Positions 39,385 through 49,985 of a stretch of 64,000 bases of DNA are shown here, one piece after another; the stretch's first letter is position 1, and every line of letters starts with the position of its first letter. The notes under the pieces were generated by a model. That model made no database searches and was not told where the DNA came from. It worked only from the letters and a program-made list of their open reading frames with translations. The stretch spans positions 1 to 64,000 of the forward strand of contig NIVC01002036.1 of NCBI GenBank assembly GCA_002269645.1, written 5' to 3'. This DNA is from Macrostomum lignano. Lineage: Eukaryota. The position numbers were made by a program, and so were the translations under genes.

Positions 39385-39478
39385 ATCTGACGCTGTTGTT
39401 GTTGTTGTTGTTGTTGTTGTTGCTGTTGTTGCTGTTTTTTTTATTGTTGTTGTTATTGCTGTTGTTGTTATTGTTATT

Positions 39479-39527
<49 letters not shown>

Positions 39528-39606
39528 TTGCTGTTGTTGCTGTTGTTGCTGTTTTTTTTATTGTTGTTGTTATTGCTGTTGTTGTTGTTGTTGTTGTTGT
39601 TGTTGC
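39385..39606. repeat. (GTT)n/(GCT)n microsatellite block 1
   Basis: Direct inspection. Confidence 0.95.
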
Positions 39607-40293
39607 TTGCGGAAGGTGGTCTAGGGCTGCCTATGCAGGCAGTCCAAGAACCTAGCCACCAGATCGCCATCGGCCAAGTCCTCCAGTTGGTGTAGGTCCG
39701 TCGCGTGCCGAGCTCCGGCCAGGGCCGGACATTCGAGGAAGTGGTCCTTGTCTTCTAAGTGGTCGCACCGGAGGCATCTGCTATCCTCTCTAGTGCCTAT
39801 TCGGTGCTGATAGTACGCCGTAGAGGGATCGTGACCGGCACGCATTTGAGCTATGGAAACCTGCAGCGCGCGAGGTCGAGCAGGCATCGAGGGGGTCTTG
39901 CTGTAGACCCTCCTCAGCCGGTCATTCAGGAGAGGCTTATAGTTGATGAGACGGCGTATACGGCTTCGGGCGGCCTCGATGTCGATCCCTAGGAGATCCT
40001 GGGGGAGCAGACAGGCGTTCTTTGCCTCGGTGTCGGCTCTCTCGTTACCAGGAGTCCCAGAATGACCTGGGATCCACTGCAGGACCACGTCGGCATGGCT
40101 CTCCACCTGCGTCAGCTTGCGCTTGAGCGACTCGAGCAGAGGGTTCAGGGAGTGCTGCCGACCTTTGAGCGCCGCGATGGCCGATTGACTGTCGGTGAGG
40201 ATCAGGGCCGAGTCCTGCTTAGTCTCAAGGATGTGGTCCAGGGCGAGGTGCAGAGCTGAGAGTTCAGCTTGGAACGAGCTACACCAGCGCCCG
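39607..40293 (-). mobile_element. 5'-truncated non-LTR retrotransposon (second family): RNase H C-terminal half plus CCHC finger
   Basis: CSSFQAEL (frameshift) ALHLAL..LILTDSQSAI..VVLQWIPGHSGTPGNERAD..CLRCDHLEDKDHFLEC; stop at 39621; runs into (AAC)n. Confidence 0.9.
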
Positions 40294-40446
40294 GTAGTGT
40301 TGTTGTTGTTGCTGTTGTTGTTGTTGTTGCTGTTGTTGTTGTTGTATTGTTACTGTTGTTGTTGTTGTTGCTGCTGTTTTTGCTGTTGTTGTTTTTGCTG
40401 TTGTTGTTGTTATTGTTGTTGTTGCTGTTGTTATTGCTGCCGCTGC

Positions 40447-40478
<32 letters not shown>

Positions 40479-40602
40479 TTGTTGTTGTTGTTGTTGTTGT
40501 TGTTGCTGCTGCTGCTGTTGTTGCTGTTGTTGCCGTTGCTGTTGTTGTTGCTGTTTTTGCTGTTGATGTTATTGTTGCTGCTGTTGCTGTTGTTGTTGTT
40601 GT
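40294..40602. repeat. (GTT)n/(GCT)n microsatellite block 2
   Basis: Direct inspection. Confidence 0.95.
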
Positions 40603-40635
40603 TGTGTGTGTGTGTCTTCAGCTGGGCGGGTTCCC

Positions 40636-43600
40636 TCATTGCACCCACTCAGGGTGCGTGCACTTCAGGAACCCTAGCACCTTCGCTTCATCTCCCAGAT
40701 CCTCCAGACCATGAATACCAAAACGCACCCTCTCCTTATGCCACCTGTCGCACCACACCCAGTGGTCCTTGTCCTCTTCCTCACCGCAGTCCTGACAACT
40801 CGCCTTTGCCTCAGCACCGATTTTTTGTCGCCAGTAGGCCGTCTTCTTGCATTGACCACATCTGAGTTGGGCGAGCGTGGTCTCCGTGCTACGATTTTCA
40901 GCGCATTTGTTAATTTTGTGCTTGTAGACCCTACGGAGACGCTCATCAGAGGGCGGGGGCGCCGGCTCCTTCCTGATGGCTGCCTTTACACAGTTCCACT
41001 TGACGGGGACGTCGTCCTGCGGTAGAGCCGCTGCTTCCTTAGCCTCCTGGTCGACATCCTCGTTGCCCGCGACACCAACATGACCGGGTACCCACTGCAG
41101 CACCACTCTGGTAACTTGGCTAATCTCACGGAGTCTACTGATCAGGCGGTACGACGTGGTGTCCTGGGTAGCTTTCTCGCTGCTGAGCTTGAGGAGGGCC
41201 GATTTACAGTCCGCCAGGATGATGGCATTTCGCGGCTTGGCCTCCGCAATGGTATCCAGTGCCAGCTCCAGGGCTCGCTCCTCCGCTACCAGGGAGCTGC
41301 ACCACTCCCCGGCCGCCGCTTTCTTGACGCGTCTCTCCGTGTCAACGTACACGACACAAGCTGCACCACCCTTCCGCTGCCCTTCTCCAACAGACCCATC
41401 CGTGTAGATTGACAATTCGAATTCGCCCCAGGCGTTAATGGTGTCGATCGTCTCTGCGGCGAGGTTGCTGTCACCCTTCTTTCCTCCGCGAATAAGCTCC
41501 GTAGCGATCACGACGCCGTCCAAATGAAGCCGTCTCCACGGCGGGTGTCTCTTTCTGATAAAGCTCTCTCTGGGGTGGGTCGACCTCCTCAGGCATTCCT
41601 CTCTGGCCTGCTCCCTCCACCCTTTATTCGCCTGAAGTCTGCGGTTTCCGGTTCTTTCACTACACTCCCTGAGTGGGTCTCCCTCTGGGGCTCTGGTGGC
41701 CTTTTCCCAGGCCAGCATCGCCCTTTTGCGCGCTTGAAAGCGGATCGGCTCGATATTAGTCTCCACGTACACCGCTTCAATGGGGGTGGAACGCACCAGT
41801 CCCGCAGCTAGACGGAGACATTCTCTCTGAGCGCGTTCGAGTTTTTCAAAGCTAGTGTTGGACAGCCAGGGGAGCCACGCTGGGGCGCAGTACCAGATAC
41901 AACTCTCAACGATACTTTTGTAGATCAACAGGAGTTCCTCGGTCCTCCAGCCCCAGCTGGTATTAGCCAGGACACGGATAGCTCTAACTCTGCGTTTCAT
42001 TTTGTTTAGCACGGCCTCCGTATGAGCCGCGAACGTTAAGCCGCCATCGATGGTGATACCCAGGTATTTGAGTTTCCTCACAGTGGCGATAGTGCGGCCG
42101 GCGATCGTGAGTCCCGTGACAGCAGACTTGTCCTTTGGAGATCTACTAAAAATACAGCATTCGCATTTGGTTGGATTTAGCTCTATCTTCAGCTCTTTGG
42201 CCCACCTCTCGATCTTAAACAGCGCTCTCTGGATGGTATCTCTGACCTCCGAGTACACGGTACCAGAGGCCCAGATGGCGAGGTCGTCGGCGAAGCCGCC
42301 ATATTCCACGCCCTGCTCGGTGAGGCCGTTCCAGCCGTTAGCGTAAAGGAGGAATAACGCTGGGGAGCTCACCGCTCCTTGCGGCAGTCCCTCCTGGAAG
42401 CGTCTGAATTTGCTGGTCTCATCGCCCACGCGCACTCTGCCTTTGCGGTCCTCCAGGAAGCTGGCGAACCACTTAACGAGGTGCGCTGGGACTTTTTCTT
42501 CCAGCATTCTATCCATCAATTTGACACGCCACACTCTCTCGTACGCTTTGGAGCAGTCCAGGGTGACGGCGACGGTCTTGAGCGGGCGGCGCTCCTCCCA
42601 GCCATCCTGGATGGATTGCACTAACCGGATCACTTGCTCTTCAGTGCTGCGGCCTCTTTGGAAGCCCGCCTGCCAACTTTTGATGATCTTGTTTTCTTCC
42701 ATCCAAAAGTACAGCCGATTAGTGGCCATCCGCTCCATCAGCTTCGCGCACACCGGGGTGAGGCTGATAGGGCGATACGACTCCCGCTGCTTCGGATCCT
42801 TGCCGGCTTTGAGCAGTGGTATGATCTCGGCTTTCTTCCAGATCCCGGGGCACGAGTGCTCCGCCCAACTGCGGTTGAAGATGTCGAGCCAGCGATCTAA
42901 GCACTGTTCGGGCAAGTTCTTAAGGAACCGTACCTCAATACCGTCGACGCCACCTTTTTTGTCTGCAGCCATCTGGTCAAGTGCGTCTTTGAGTTCTTCG
43001 CGGATGAACGGGGTGCTGAATTCAGCGCCCTCGTTGTACGTCCTTAGTTTCTTGGCGACCTCAGCTCTTAACGCCCGCTCTTCTTTACCCAGCTGGACTT
43101 TGCTGTTTGATGCATACAGATTAATGAAGACCGCCGCTTTTTCCTTGTCGGTTCTAGCTTCTCGACCTTCGTTGACCACGATCTCGTTAGGGACACAGTC
43201 CTCCTTAACCGCGTGCAGGGTCTTGATCAGCCTCCATGTGCTTTTGCCGTCATCTCCTTCTTGCAGCTTACTCACGTGCTCTCTCAAGAAAGCGGAACGT
43301 TTCTCTTTGATGAGATTGCTAAGGGTTTCGTTAGCGCTGTGCCACCGCGCTCTACTATCAGAGTTTTCTCTACTTTCCTTATCACGTAAGGCCTGGGTCT
43401 CCGCAAGTTGTTCATCCCAGAATGGCATATAGCGGTTTCCCACCCTTTTCTTGGGGATGCACTTAGCAGCGGCCTGGACCATAGCTTCGCTGAGGGCTCT
43501 CGTTTCTTGGGCTATGGGCCCCCTAGGGACCGCAGTCACCGCCTCTTCACAGCGTCGCTGGTACTCGGTCCAGTCGGCCTTTTTCCAGGACCACGCCCAC

Positions 43601-44895
43601 CGTTTTCTGATTTTTCTGACTTCCCTTTCTGCGGTGATGTCGATAATGATCGGGTGGTGGTCGGAGCTGAGTCCTCGTGAGCAGGACCATTTGCATCTCA
43701 TACAGATGTCAGGTGCAGCCAGCGAGACATCCGGGGAGCTTTGCGCGCCAGTGCGCCAGTCCGTGCGGGTGGCCGTCCCGTCGTTAAGGATCTGATACTG
43801 AAACTCCGTGGCCCAATCAAGGAGCTCCTGCGCCTCGCGCTGATCTTGATGGCTTTGCTCGGCCGTGCCACCCCATTCTGCCGCGTGTAAATTGAAGTCA
43901 CCCAGGATAATTTCCCGGCGATCGGGGCTCATCCAGTCCCACACGCTGTCTCTGTCTCTGTCATCTTCCCCTTCCACCGTCCTAATCGGGGGGCGGTAGA
44001 CGTTGGTGATCACAATGCGCTCTTTTTTGCTGATGTCAACTATCGTCCTGAGCCCTTCGGTGATAGTGCCTTTCCAAGCAGTTAGACGTTTAAACGGGAT
44101 ATTGTGCTTAATCAGAGTAATGAGGCCGCCCCCTCTAGCTTTCTCACTGCGGCGGATCTCTCTGCGGTCTTTGCGGACCGTCGTGTACCCTCTAAAGCGG
44201 GGGGTCTCACTCGCCTCCGTAAGTTTCGACTCCTGGAGGACAGCAACGTCGACGTCTAGATTGTGTAGAAACTCTTCCAGTTCTGCCCTTTTGTTGCTAA
44301 CGCTATCCGCATTCCACTGCAGGATGCGTAGAGTACTCTTGCGATCAACAGCCCATCCGGCACTCGCTACGCCCGTGCGGGTGTTCTGATCATCCGTGGC
44401 GGAGGCCTCCTCCGAGGTAAGCCGGATACGGTTCAGACAGTCCGTGCAGGACCACTTTCCGCGCCTGACTTCGCCCTCGATGGATGCTCTACTAGCGCCC
44501 GAACATTTGTTGTGGAACAGCCCGTGGCACTCCTTACAGCGCACGATGACCTTAGTGATTTTCAGCTTAGTCTTGCATCCTTTAGCAGAGCATGGGTCAC
44601 CGTTTCGAATGGCTTCAGCGTCTCTTTCCCAGCGGGCGCGCTCCTCGGCATCGCTTTCTTCTTTCCATTGGCCGTCAAGCTGGCAGTTTGAACAACGCCA
44701 GTGGAGTTGCTGTCTGGCTCTCTCCTGCGCTGATCGGGTGAGTCCAGTGCACGCGCCATGGAAATCCTTGTTGCATTCTTGGCATTTGATAGGCCTGTGG
44801 CCCGACGTTATCACTTTACTGCAACGACCACAGGGTCCGGGGTTCCTTTCGACGTCCATGGCAATCGGTACTATATCAGTCGCTCTCCATCCCAT
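40636..44895 (-). CDS. Retrotransposon polyprotein: 2A-like motif, 2x PHD, APE endonuclease, reverse transcriptase, RNase H, CCHC
   Basis: DVERNPGP; two C4HC3 fingers; ILQWNADS, LQESK, GDFN, SDHHP (APE); GLPQGAVSSP, FADD (RT); YTDGS..E..LADCKS..GNEDVD (RNase H); CQDC-x7-H-x3-C. No stops. Confidence 0.95.
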   Translation of the reverse strand: MGWRATDIVPIAMDVERNPGPCGRCSKVITSGHRPIKCQECNKDFHGACTGLTRSAQERARQQLHWRCSNCQLDGQWKEESDAEERARWERDAEAIRNGDPCSAKGCKTKLKITKVIVRCKECHGLFHNKCSGASRASIEGEVRRGKWSCTDCLNRIRLTSEEASATDDQNTRTGVASAGWAVDRKSTLRILQWNADSVSNKRAELEEFLHNLDVDVAVLQESKLTEASETPRFRGYTTVRKDRREIRRSEKARGGGLITLIKHNIPFKRLTAWKGTITEGLRTIVDISKKERIVITNVYRPPIRTVEGEDDRDRDSVWDWMSPDRREIILGDFNLHAAEWGGTAEQSHQDQREAQELLDWATEFQYQILNDGTATRTDWRTGAQSSPDVSLAAPDICMRCKWSCSRGLSSDHHPIIIDITAEREVRKIRKRWAWSWKKADWTEYQRRCEEAVTAVPRGPIAQETRALSEAMVQAAAKCIPKKRVGNRYMPFWDEQLAETQALRDKESRENSDSRARWHSANETLSNLIKEKRSAFLREHVSKLQEGDDGKSTWRLIKTLHAVKEDCVPNEIVVNEGREARTDKEKAAVFINLYASNSKVQLGKEERALRAEVAKKLRTYNEGAEFSTPFIREELKDALDQMAADKKGGVDGIEVRFLKNLPEQCLDRWLDIFNRSWAEHSCPGIWKKAEIIPLLKAGKDPKQRESYRPISLTPVCAKLMERMATNRLYFWMEENKIIKSWQAGFQRGRSTEEQVIRLVQSIQDGWEERRPLKTVAVTLDCSKAYERVWRVKLMDRMLEEKVPAHLVKWFASFLEDRKGRVRVGDETSKFRRFQEGLPQGAVSSPALFLLYANGWNGLTEQGVEYGGFADDLAIWASGTVYSEVRDTIQRALFKIERWAKELKIELNPTKCECCIFSRSPKDKSAVTGLTIAGRTIATVRKLKYLGITIDGGLTFAAHTEAVLNKMKRRVRAIRVLANTSWGWRTEELLLIYKSIVESCIWYCAPAWLPWLSNTSFEKLERAQRECLRLAAGLVRSTPIEAVYVETNIEPIRFQARKRAMLAWEKATRAPEGDPLRECSERTGNRRLQANKGWREQAREECLRRSTHPRESFIRKRHPPWRRLHLDGVVIATELIRGGKKGDSNLAAETIDTINAWGEFELSIYTDGSVGEGQRKGGAACVVYVDTERRVKKAAAGEWCSSLVAEERALELALDTIAEAKPRNAIILADCKSALLKLSSEKATQDTTSYRLISRLREISQVTRVVLQWVPGHVGVAGNEDVDQEAKEAAALPQDDVPVKWNCVKAAIRKEPAPPPSDERLRRVYKHKINKCAENRSTETTLAQLRCGQCKKTAYWRQKIGAEAKASCQDCGEEEDKDHWVWCDRWHKERVRFGIHGLEDLGDEAKVLGFLKCTHPEWVQ

Positions 44896-44963
44896 ACGCT
44901 CATCTATCTCGCGATTTGGTATTTCCTCTACCGTCTCTCCTCTCCAACGAAGGTGTTCCGAGT

Positions 44964-45044
44964 TCGTCCAGTTGTTCGAGTCTCCGTCCCCAGAAGGGGC
45001 CGGCTCCCACTCGCCGCGAAGAGGCCACTGGACGATAGAGTGGG
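44964..45044 (-). ncRNA. HDV-like self-cleaving ribozyme at the LINE 5' end
   Basis: P1 CCCACUC/GAGUGGG (45044-38/45012-06); P2 UCGUCCAGU/ACUGGACGA; P3 GCC/GGC with L3 UCUUCGC; P1.1 CU/AG; P4 CCGGCCCC-UUCU-GGGGACGG; J4/2 CGAA (candidate catalytic C at 44978). Elements are in the correct nested double-pseudoknot order. Confidence 0.8.
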
Positions 45045-45144
45045 TGCTGTTGCCGTTGCTGTTATTGCTGCTGTTTTTGCTGTTGATGTTGTTGTTATTG
45101 TTGTCGTTGTTGTTGTTGTTTTTATTGTTTTTGTTGCTGCTGTT

Positions 45145-45175
<31 letters not shown>

Positions 45176-45245
45176 TTGCTGTTGTTGTTGTTGCTGCTGT
45201 TGTCCTTGTTGCTGCTGTTGTTGCTGTTGTTGTAGGTGCTGTTGC
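45045..45245. repeat. (GTT)n/(GCT)n microsatellite block 3, abutting the LINE 5' end
   Basis: Direct inspection. Confidence 0.95.
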
Positions 45246-45579
45246 AATTGCATTAAATTACTACTGAACCGAATTTCACTAAAAAGCGCTCCCAGTCCAA
45301 TTCTGCAAATTTCGAATTTTATTGTCGAATTCGATAGGGACTCTAAAAGCTAGGATTCTGTGTCAACTCGTACTCGGATGCATTTGTAGCAGTCATTCCT
45401 ACAATCAAATTTACTTACTTTTGTTGTAATTAGGTCACTCGCAGCCTCCCGATGAAGCAATCGGTGACAGCTGCAAGCAAACAACAAGAGTTCAATGAGT
45501 ACAGATCCGGGTCAGCAGCGTGAGACCCTCGGCTGCCTGTTTGCAATATGAATTTATGGTTTGAGCATCAGTGATTTAG

Positions 45580-46085
45580 CATCAATCTGACAGGTGATTT
45601 AGCATCCGTCTGACAGGTGATTTAGCATCAGTCTGACAGGTGATTTAGCATCAGTCTGACAGGTGATTTAGCATCAGTCTGACAGGTGATTTAGCATCAG
45701 TCTGACAGGTGATTTAGCATCAATCTGACAGGTGATTTAGCATCAGTCTGACAGGTGATTTAGCATCAGTCTGACAGGTGATTTAGCATCAGTCTGACAG
45801 GTGATTTAGCATCAGTCTGACAGGTGATTTAGCATCAGTCTGACAGGTGATTTAGCATCAGTCTGACAGGTGATTTAGCTTCAGTCTGTCAGGTGATTTA
45901 GCATCAGTCTGACATGTGATTTAGCATCTGTCTGACAGGTGATTTAGCATCTGTCTGACATGTGATTTAGCATCTGTCTGACATGTGATTTAGCATCTGT
46001 CTGACATGTGATTTAGCATCTGTCTGACATGTGATTTAGCATCTGTCTGACATGTGATTTAGCATCAGTCTGACAGGTGATTTAG
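45580..46085. repeat. 23-bp minisatellite (CAGGTGATTTAGCATCAGTCTGA)
   Basis: Period 23. Confidence 0.93.
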
Positions 46086-46413
46086 CATCAATTTAGACAT
46101 CGATTTGAACTCGCGCATTTCTGCGACACAAAAAACAATTTAACAAATTACAATAATGACTTTGTCGTTAATTTTGTCATTATAAGCTGCACTGCAAATC
46201 TGCGCTCGCTTTTTATGCGTTTTTTCTGTGTCAAATCAATAACCTTAACTATTGCTTTGACAATTTAGTAGTAGAAGTAGCGCGAGCAGTAGTGTGTAAT
46301 GCGTATTGAAACAATGGCAGAGAAGACATGGCGGTTTATCGGAGCTGATGGCACCGAATTAGGTGTCGCCACAGACAGAGTATGTCAAGAAAAATGCGTA
46401 AAATACACTAAAG

Positions 46414-49335
46414 AGATCTCACCTAATACCGAATCTATCTCACCTAATACCGAAGCTATCTCACCTATTACCGAATCTATCTCACCTATTACCGAATCTA
46501 TGTCACCTAATACCGAATCTCTCACCTATTACCGAATCTATCTCACCTAATACCGAATCTCTGTCACCTAATACCGAATCTATCTAACCTATTACCGAAT
46601 CTATCTCACCTATTACCAAATCTATCTCACCTAATACCGAATCTCTCACCTATTACCGAATCTATCTCACCTATTACCAAATCTATCTCACCTATTACCG
46701 AATCTATCTCACCTATTACCGAATCTCTCACCTATTACCGAATCTATCTCACCTATTACCAAATCTATCTCACCTAATACCGAATCTATCTCACCTATTA
46801 CCAAATCTATCTCACCTATTACCAAATCTATCTCACCTAATACCGAATCTCTCACCTATTACCGAATCTATCTCACCTATTACCGAATCTATCTCACCTA
46901 TTACCGAATCTCTCACCTATTACCGAATCTATCTCACCTATTACCAAATCTATCTCACCTAATACCGAATCTCTCACCTATTACCGAATCTATCTCACCT
47001 ATTACCGAATCTATCTCACCTATTACCAAATCTATCTCACCTATTACCAAATCTATCTCACCTATTACCAAATCTATCTCACCTAATACCGAATCTCTCA
47101 CCTATTACCGAATCTATCTCACCTATTACCGAATCTATCTCACCTATTACCGAATCTATCTCACCTATTACCGAATCTATCTCACCTATTACCGAATCTC
47201 TCACCTATTACCGAATCTCTCACCTAATACCGAATCTCTCACCTATTACCGAATCTCTCACCTATTAACGAATCTCTCACCTAATACCGAATCTCTCACC
47301 TAATACCGAATCTATCTCACCTAATACCGAATCTATCTCACCTAATACCGAATCTGTCTCACCTAATACCGAATCTATCTCACCTAATACCGAATCTATC
47401 TCACCTAATACCGAATCTCTCACCTAATACCGAATCTATCTCACCTAATACCGAATCTGTCTCACCTATTACCGAATCTATCTCACCTATTACCGAATCT
47501 GTCTCACCTATTACCGAATCTATCTCACCTAATACCGAATCTCTCACCTAATACCGAATCTCTCACCTAATACCGAATCTCTCACCTAATACCGAATCTC
47601 TCACCTAATACCGAATCTCTCACCTATTAACGAATCTCTCACCTAATACCGAATCTCTCACCTAATACCGAATCTATCTCACCTAATACCGAATCTATGT
47701 CACCTAATACCGAATCTCTCACCTAATACCGAATCTCTCACCTATTACCGAATCTATCTCACCTAATACCGAATCTATGTCACCTAATACCGAATCTCTC
47801 ACCTATTACCGAATCTATCTCACCTAATACCGAATCTATCTCACCTAATACCGAATCTGTCTCACCTAATACCGAATCTATGTCACCTAATACCGAATCT
47901 ATCTCACCTAATACCGAATCTCTCACCTAATACCGAATCTATCTCACCTAATACCGAATCTATGTCACCTAATACCGAATCTCTCACCTAATACCGAATC
48001 TGTCTCACCTAATACCGAATCTGTCTCACCTAATACCGAATCTCTCACCTATTACCGAATCTATCTCACCTAATACCGAATCTCTCACCTAATACCGAAT
48101 CTATCTCACCTAATACCGAATCTATCTCACCTAATACCGAATCTCTCACCTAATACCGAATCTATCTCACCTAATACCGAATCTGTCTCACCTAATACCG
48201 AATCTCTCACCTATTACCGAATCTATCTCACCTAATACCGAATCTATGTCACCTAATACCGAATCTCTCACCTAATACCGAATCTCTCACCTAATACCGA
48301 ATCTCTCACCTAATACCGAATCTCTCACCTAATACCGAATCTCTCACCTAATACCGAATCTATGTCACCTAATACCGAATCTCTCACCTAATACCGAATC
48401 TATGTCACCTAATACCGAATCTCTCACCTAATACCGAATCTCTCACCTAATACCGAATCTCTCACCTAATACCGAATCTCTCACCTAATACCGAATCTAT
48501 CTCACCTAATACCGAATCTCTCACCTAATACCGAATCTCTCACCTAATACCGAATCTCTCACCTAATACCGAATCTCTCACCTAATACCGAATCTCTGAC
48601 CTAATACCGAATCTCTCACCTATTACCGAATCTATCTCACCTAATACCGAATCTGTCTCACCTAATACCGAATCTGTCTCACCTAATACCGAATCTGTCT
48701 CACCTAATACCGAATCTCTCACCTAATACCGAATCTCTCACCTAATACCGAATCTATCTCACCTAATACCGAATCTATGTCACCTAATACCGAATCTCTC
48801 ACCTAATACCGAATCTCTCACCTAATACCGAATCTCTCACCTAATACCGAATCTCTGACCTAATACCGAATCTCTCACCTATTACCGAATCTATCTCACC
48901 TAATACCGAATCTGTCTCACCTAATACCGAATCTGTCTCACCTAATACCGAATCTCTCACCTATTACCGAATCTATCTCACCTAATACCGAATCTATGTC
49001 ACCTAATACCGAATCTCTCACCTATTACCGAATCTATCTCACCTAATACCGAATCTATCTCACCTAATACCGAATCTCTCACCTATTACCGAATCTATGT
49101 CACCTAATACCGAATCTATGTCACCTAATACCGAATCTCTCACCTATTACCGAATCTATGTCACCTAATACCGAATCTCTCACCTATTACCGAATCTATC
49201 TCACCTAATACCGAATCTATGTCACCTAATACCGAATATCTCACCTATTACCGAATCTATCTCACCTAATCACGAATCTATCTCACCTATTACCGAATCT
49301 GTCTCACATAATACCGAATCTATCTCAACTACCGA
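46414..49335. repeat. 2.9-kb minisatellite of 21-bp and 19-bp units (TCTCACCTAATACCGAATC[TA])
   Basis: Direct inspection. Confidence 0.95.
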
Positions 49336-49537
49336 ATCGGAGCGAGTGGGGGATATATATTTCCAATTATAGGGACTAGTAAGAGCGTATTTAAAAGTAT
49401 TCGAATAGAAAAGCGAAAGGAAACCGGATCTTGTTCTTTACTGACAAAAACTGCAAACTGCAACGCACGGGAGGAGACCGAGGGCGAAGTCCCGCTTTAA
49501 GAATTCAGAGAGATTCCCGCGTTGGGCTCTCGGGCCT

Positions 49538-49985
49538 GGTAAATGTCGGCTGGCAAATATCGGTAGGTAAATGTCGGCTGGCAAATGTCGGTAGGTAAAC
49601 GTCGGCTGGCAAATGTCGGTAGGTAAACGTCGGCTGGCAAATATCGGTAGGTAAATGTCGGCTGGCAAATGTCGGTAGGTAAACGTCGGCTGGCAAATGT
49701 CGGTAGGTAAATGTCGGCTGGTAAATGTCGGTAGGTAAATGTCGGATGGTAAATTTCGGCTGGCAAATATCGGTAGGTAAATGTCGGCTGGCAAATATCG
49801 GTAGGTAAATGTCGGCTGGCAAATATCGGTAGGTAAATGTCGGCTGGCAATTATCGGTAGGTAAATGTCGGCTGGTAAATGTCTGCTGGTAAATGTCGGA
49901 TGTAAATTTCGGCTGGTAAATGTCGGCTGGTAAATGTCGGCAGGTAAATGTCTGCTGGTAAATGTCGGCTGGTAAATGTCGGCTG
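49538..49985. repeat. 14/28-bp minisatellite (GGTAAATGTCGGCT / GGCAAATATCGGTA)
   Basis: Direct inspection. Confidence 0.9.

Larger units (their letters stand above)
40603..45044 (-). mobile_element. Full-length single-ORF non-LTR retrotransposon, Ingi-type (I group)
   Basis: 5' end defined by an HDV-like ribozyme at 45044; intact 1419-aa ORF; short 3' UTR followed by (AC)5 and (AAC)n. Clade assignment is from domain architecture, not phylogeny. Confidence 0.9.

Noticed and set aside
40711-44389. Multiple plus-strand ORFs inside the LINE
   Set aside because: Antisense shadows of the long polyprotein ORF.
46299-46550. MAEKTWRFIGADGTELGVATDR as a first exon
   Set aside because: A donor-like site follows, but no convincing downstream acceptor or homology was found.
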